From: Calcarisporiella thermophila CBS 279.70
Lineage: Eukaryota; Fungi; Calcarisporiellomycota
Direction of reading: 5' to 3'
DNA length: 64,000 nucleotides
NCBI RefSeq assembly: GCF_041956535.1
Contig: NW_027192202.1
Coordinates: 134,515-198,514 of the forward strand
Shown: piece by piece, positions 63,841-64,000 of the stretch
Layout: the number at the start of each line of letters is the position of its first letter
Numbering within the stretch: position 1 is the stretch's first letter
Translations under genes and position numbers: made by a program
The notes under the pieces: generated by a model
What the model was told of the DNA's origin: nothing
The model's database searches: none
What the model saw: the letters and a program-made list of their open reading frames with translations, nothing else

Positions 63841-64000
63841 TTTTTTTTTTTTGATCAATGCCGAGTCTTTATTGTATAGGAAGACTCTAAAATACAATTG
63901 TTACATTATTATAAGCCATAAAGTGAAAGGGAAGCCAAAGTTAAAGCTTTGGGTGATATCGTAGATCGAAATGATATGTTGGTCATATCGACTTTCAGCT
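63841..64000 (-). mobile_element. 3' end of a further LINE copy
   Basis: AATAAAGACTCGGCATTGATC followed by A12 on the - strand, similar to the 62108 terminus. Confidence 0.55.

Overview
Eukaryotic DNA from an intron-containing fungus. Gene content and intron style suggest an early-diverging, non-Dikarya lineage, but this cannot be proven from the window. By eye, GC falls steadily from left to right. About 1-35 kb is a dense housekeeping block: Puf2/Jsn1-like RRM-PUF protein, DCAF7-like WD40, amino-acid permease, Med1, an intronless bacterial-type GlyRS, a GPI cupredoxin, Arg2, CENP-L/Fta1, class IV chitin synthase, M17 aminopeptidase, Tup1, Dma1 and guanine deaminase. About 35-59 kb is an AT-rich accessory block. 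It holds two related Kex2-processed repeat precursors (one with His/Asp/Trp-rich peptides, spanning an 899-N gap), a Cys-rich 3D-domain protein, CWH43, and a compact three-gene cluster (MFS + P450 + Pul1-like protein). That cluster resembles the yeast pulcherrimin PUL3-PUL2-PUL1 locus without PUL4. About 60-64 kb is a stack of co-oriented, truncated L1-like LINE fragments. Best candidates for new biology are the PUL-like cyclodipeptide cluster, the Kex2 peptide family, and the bacterial-type GlyRS. Family assignments rest on recalled motifs; no searches were run.
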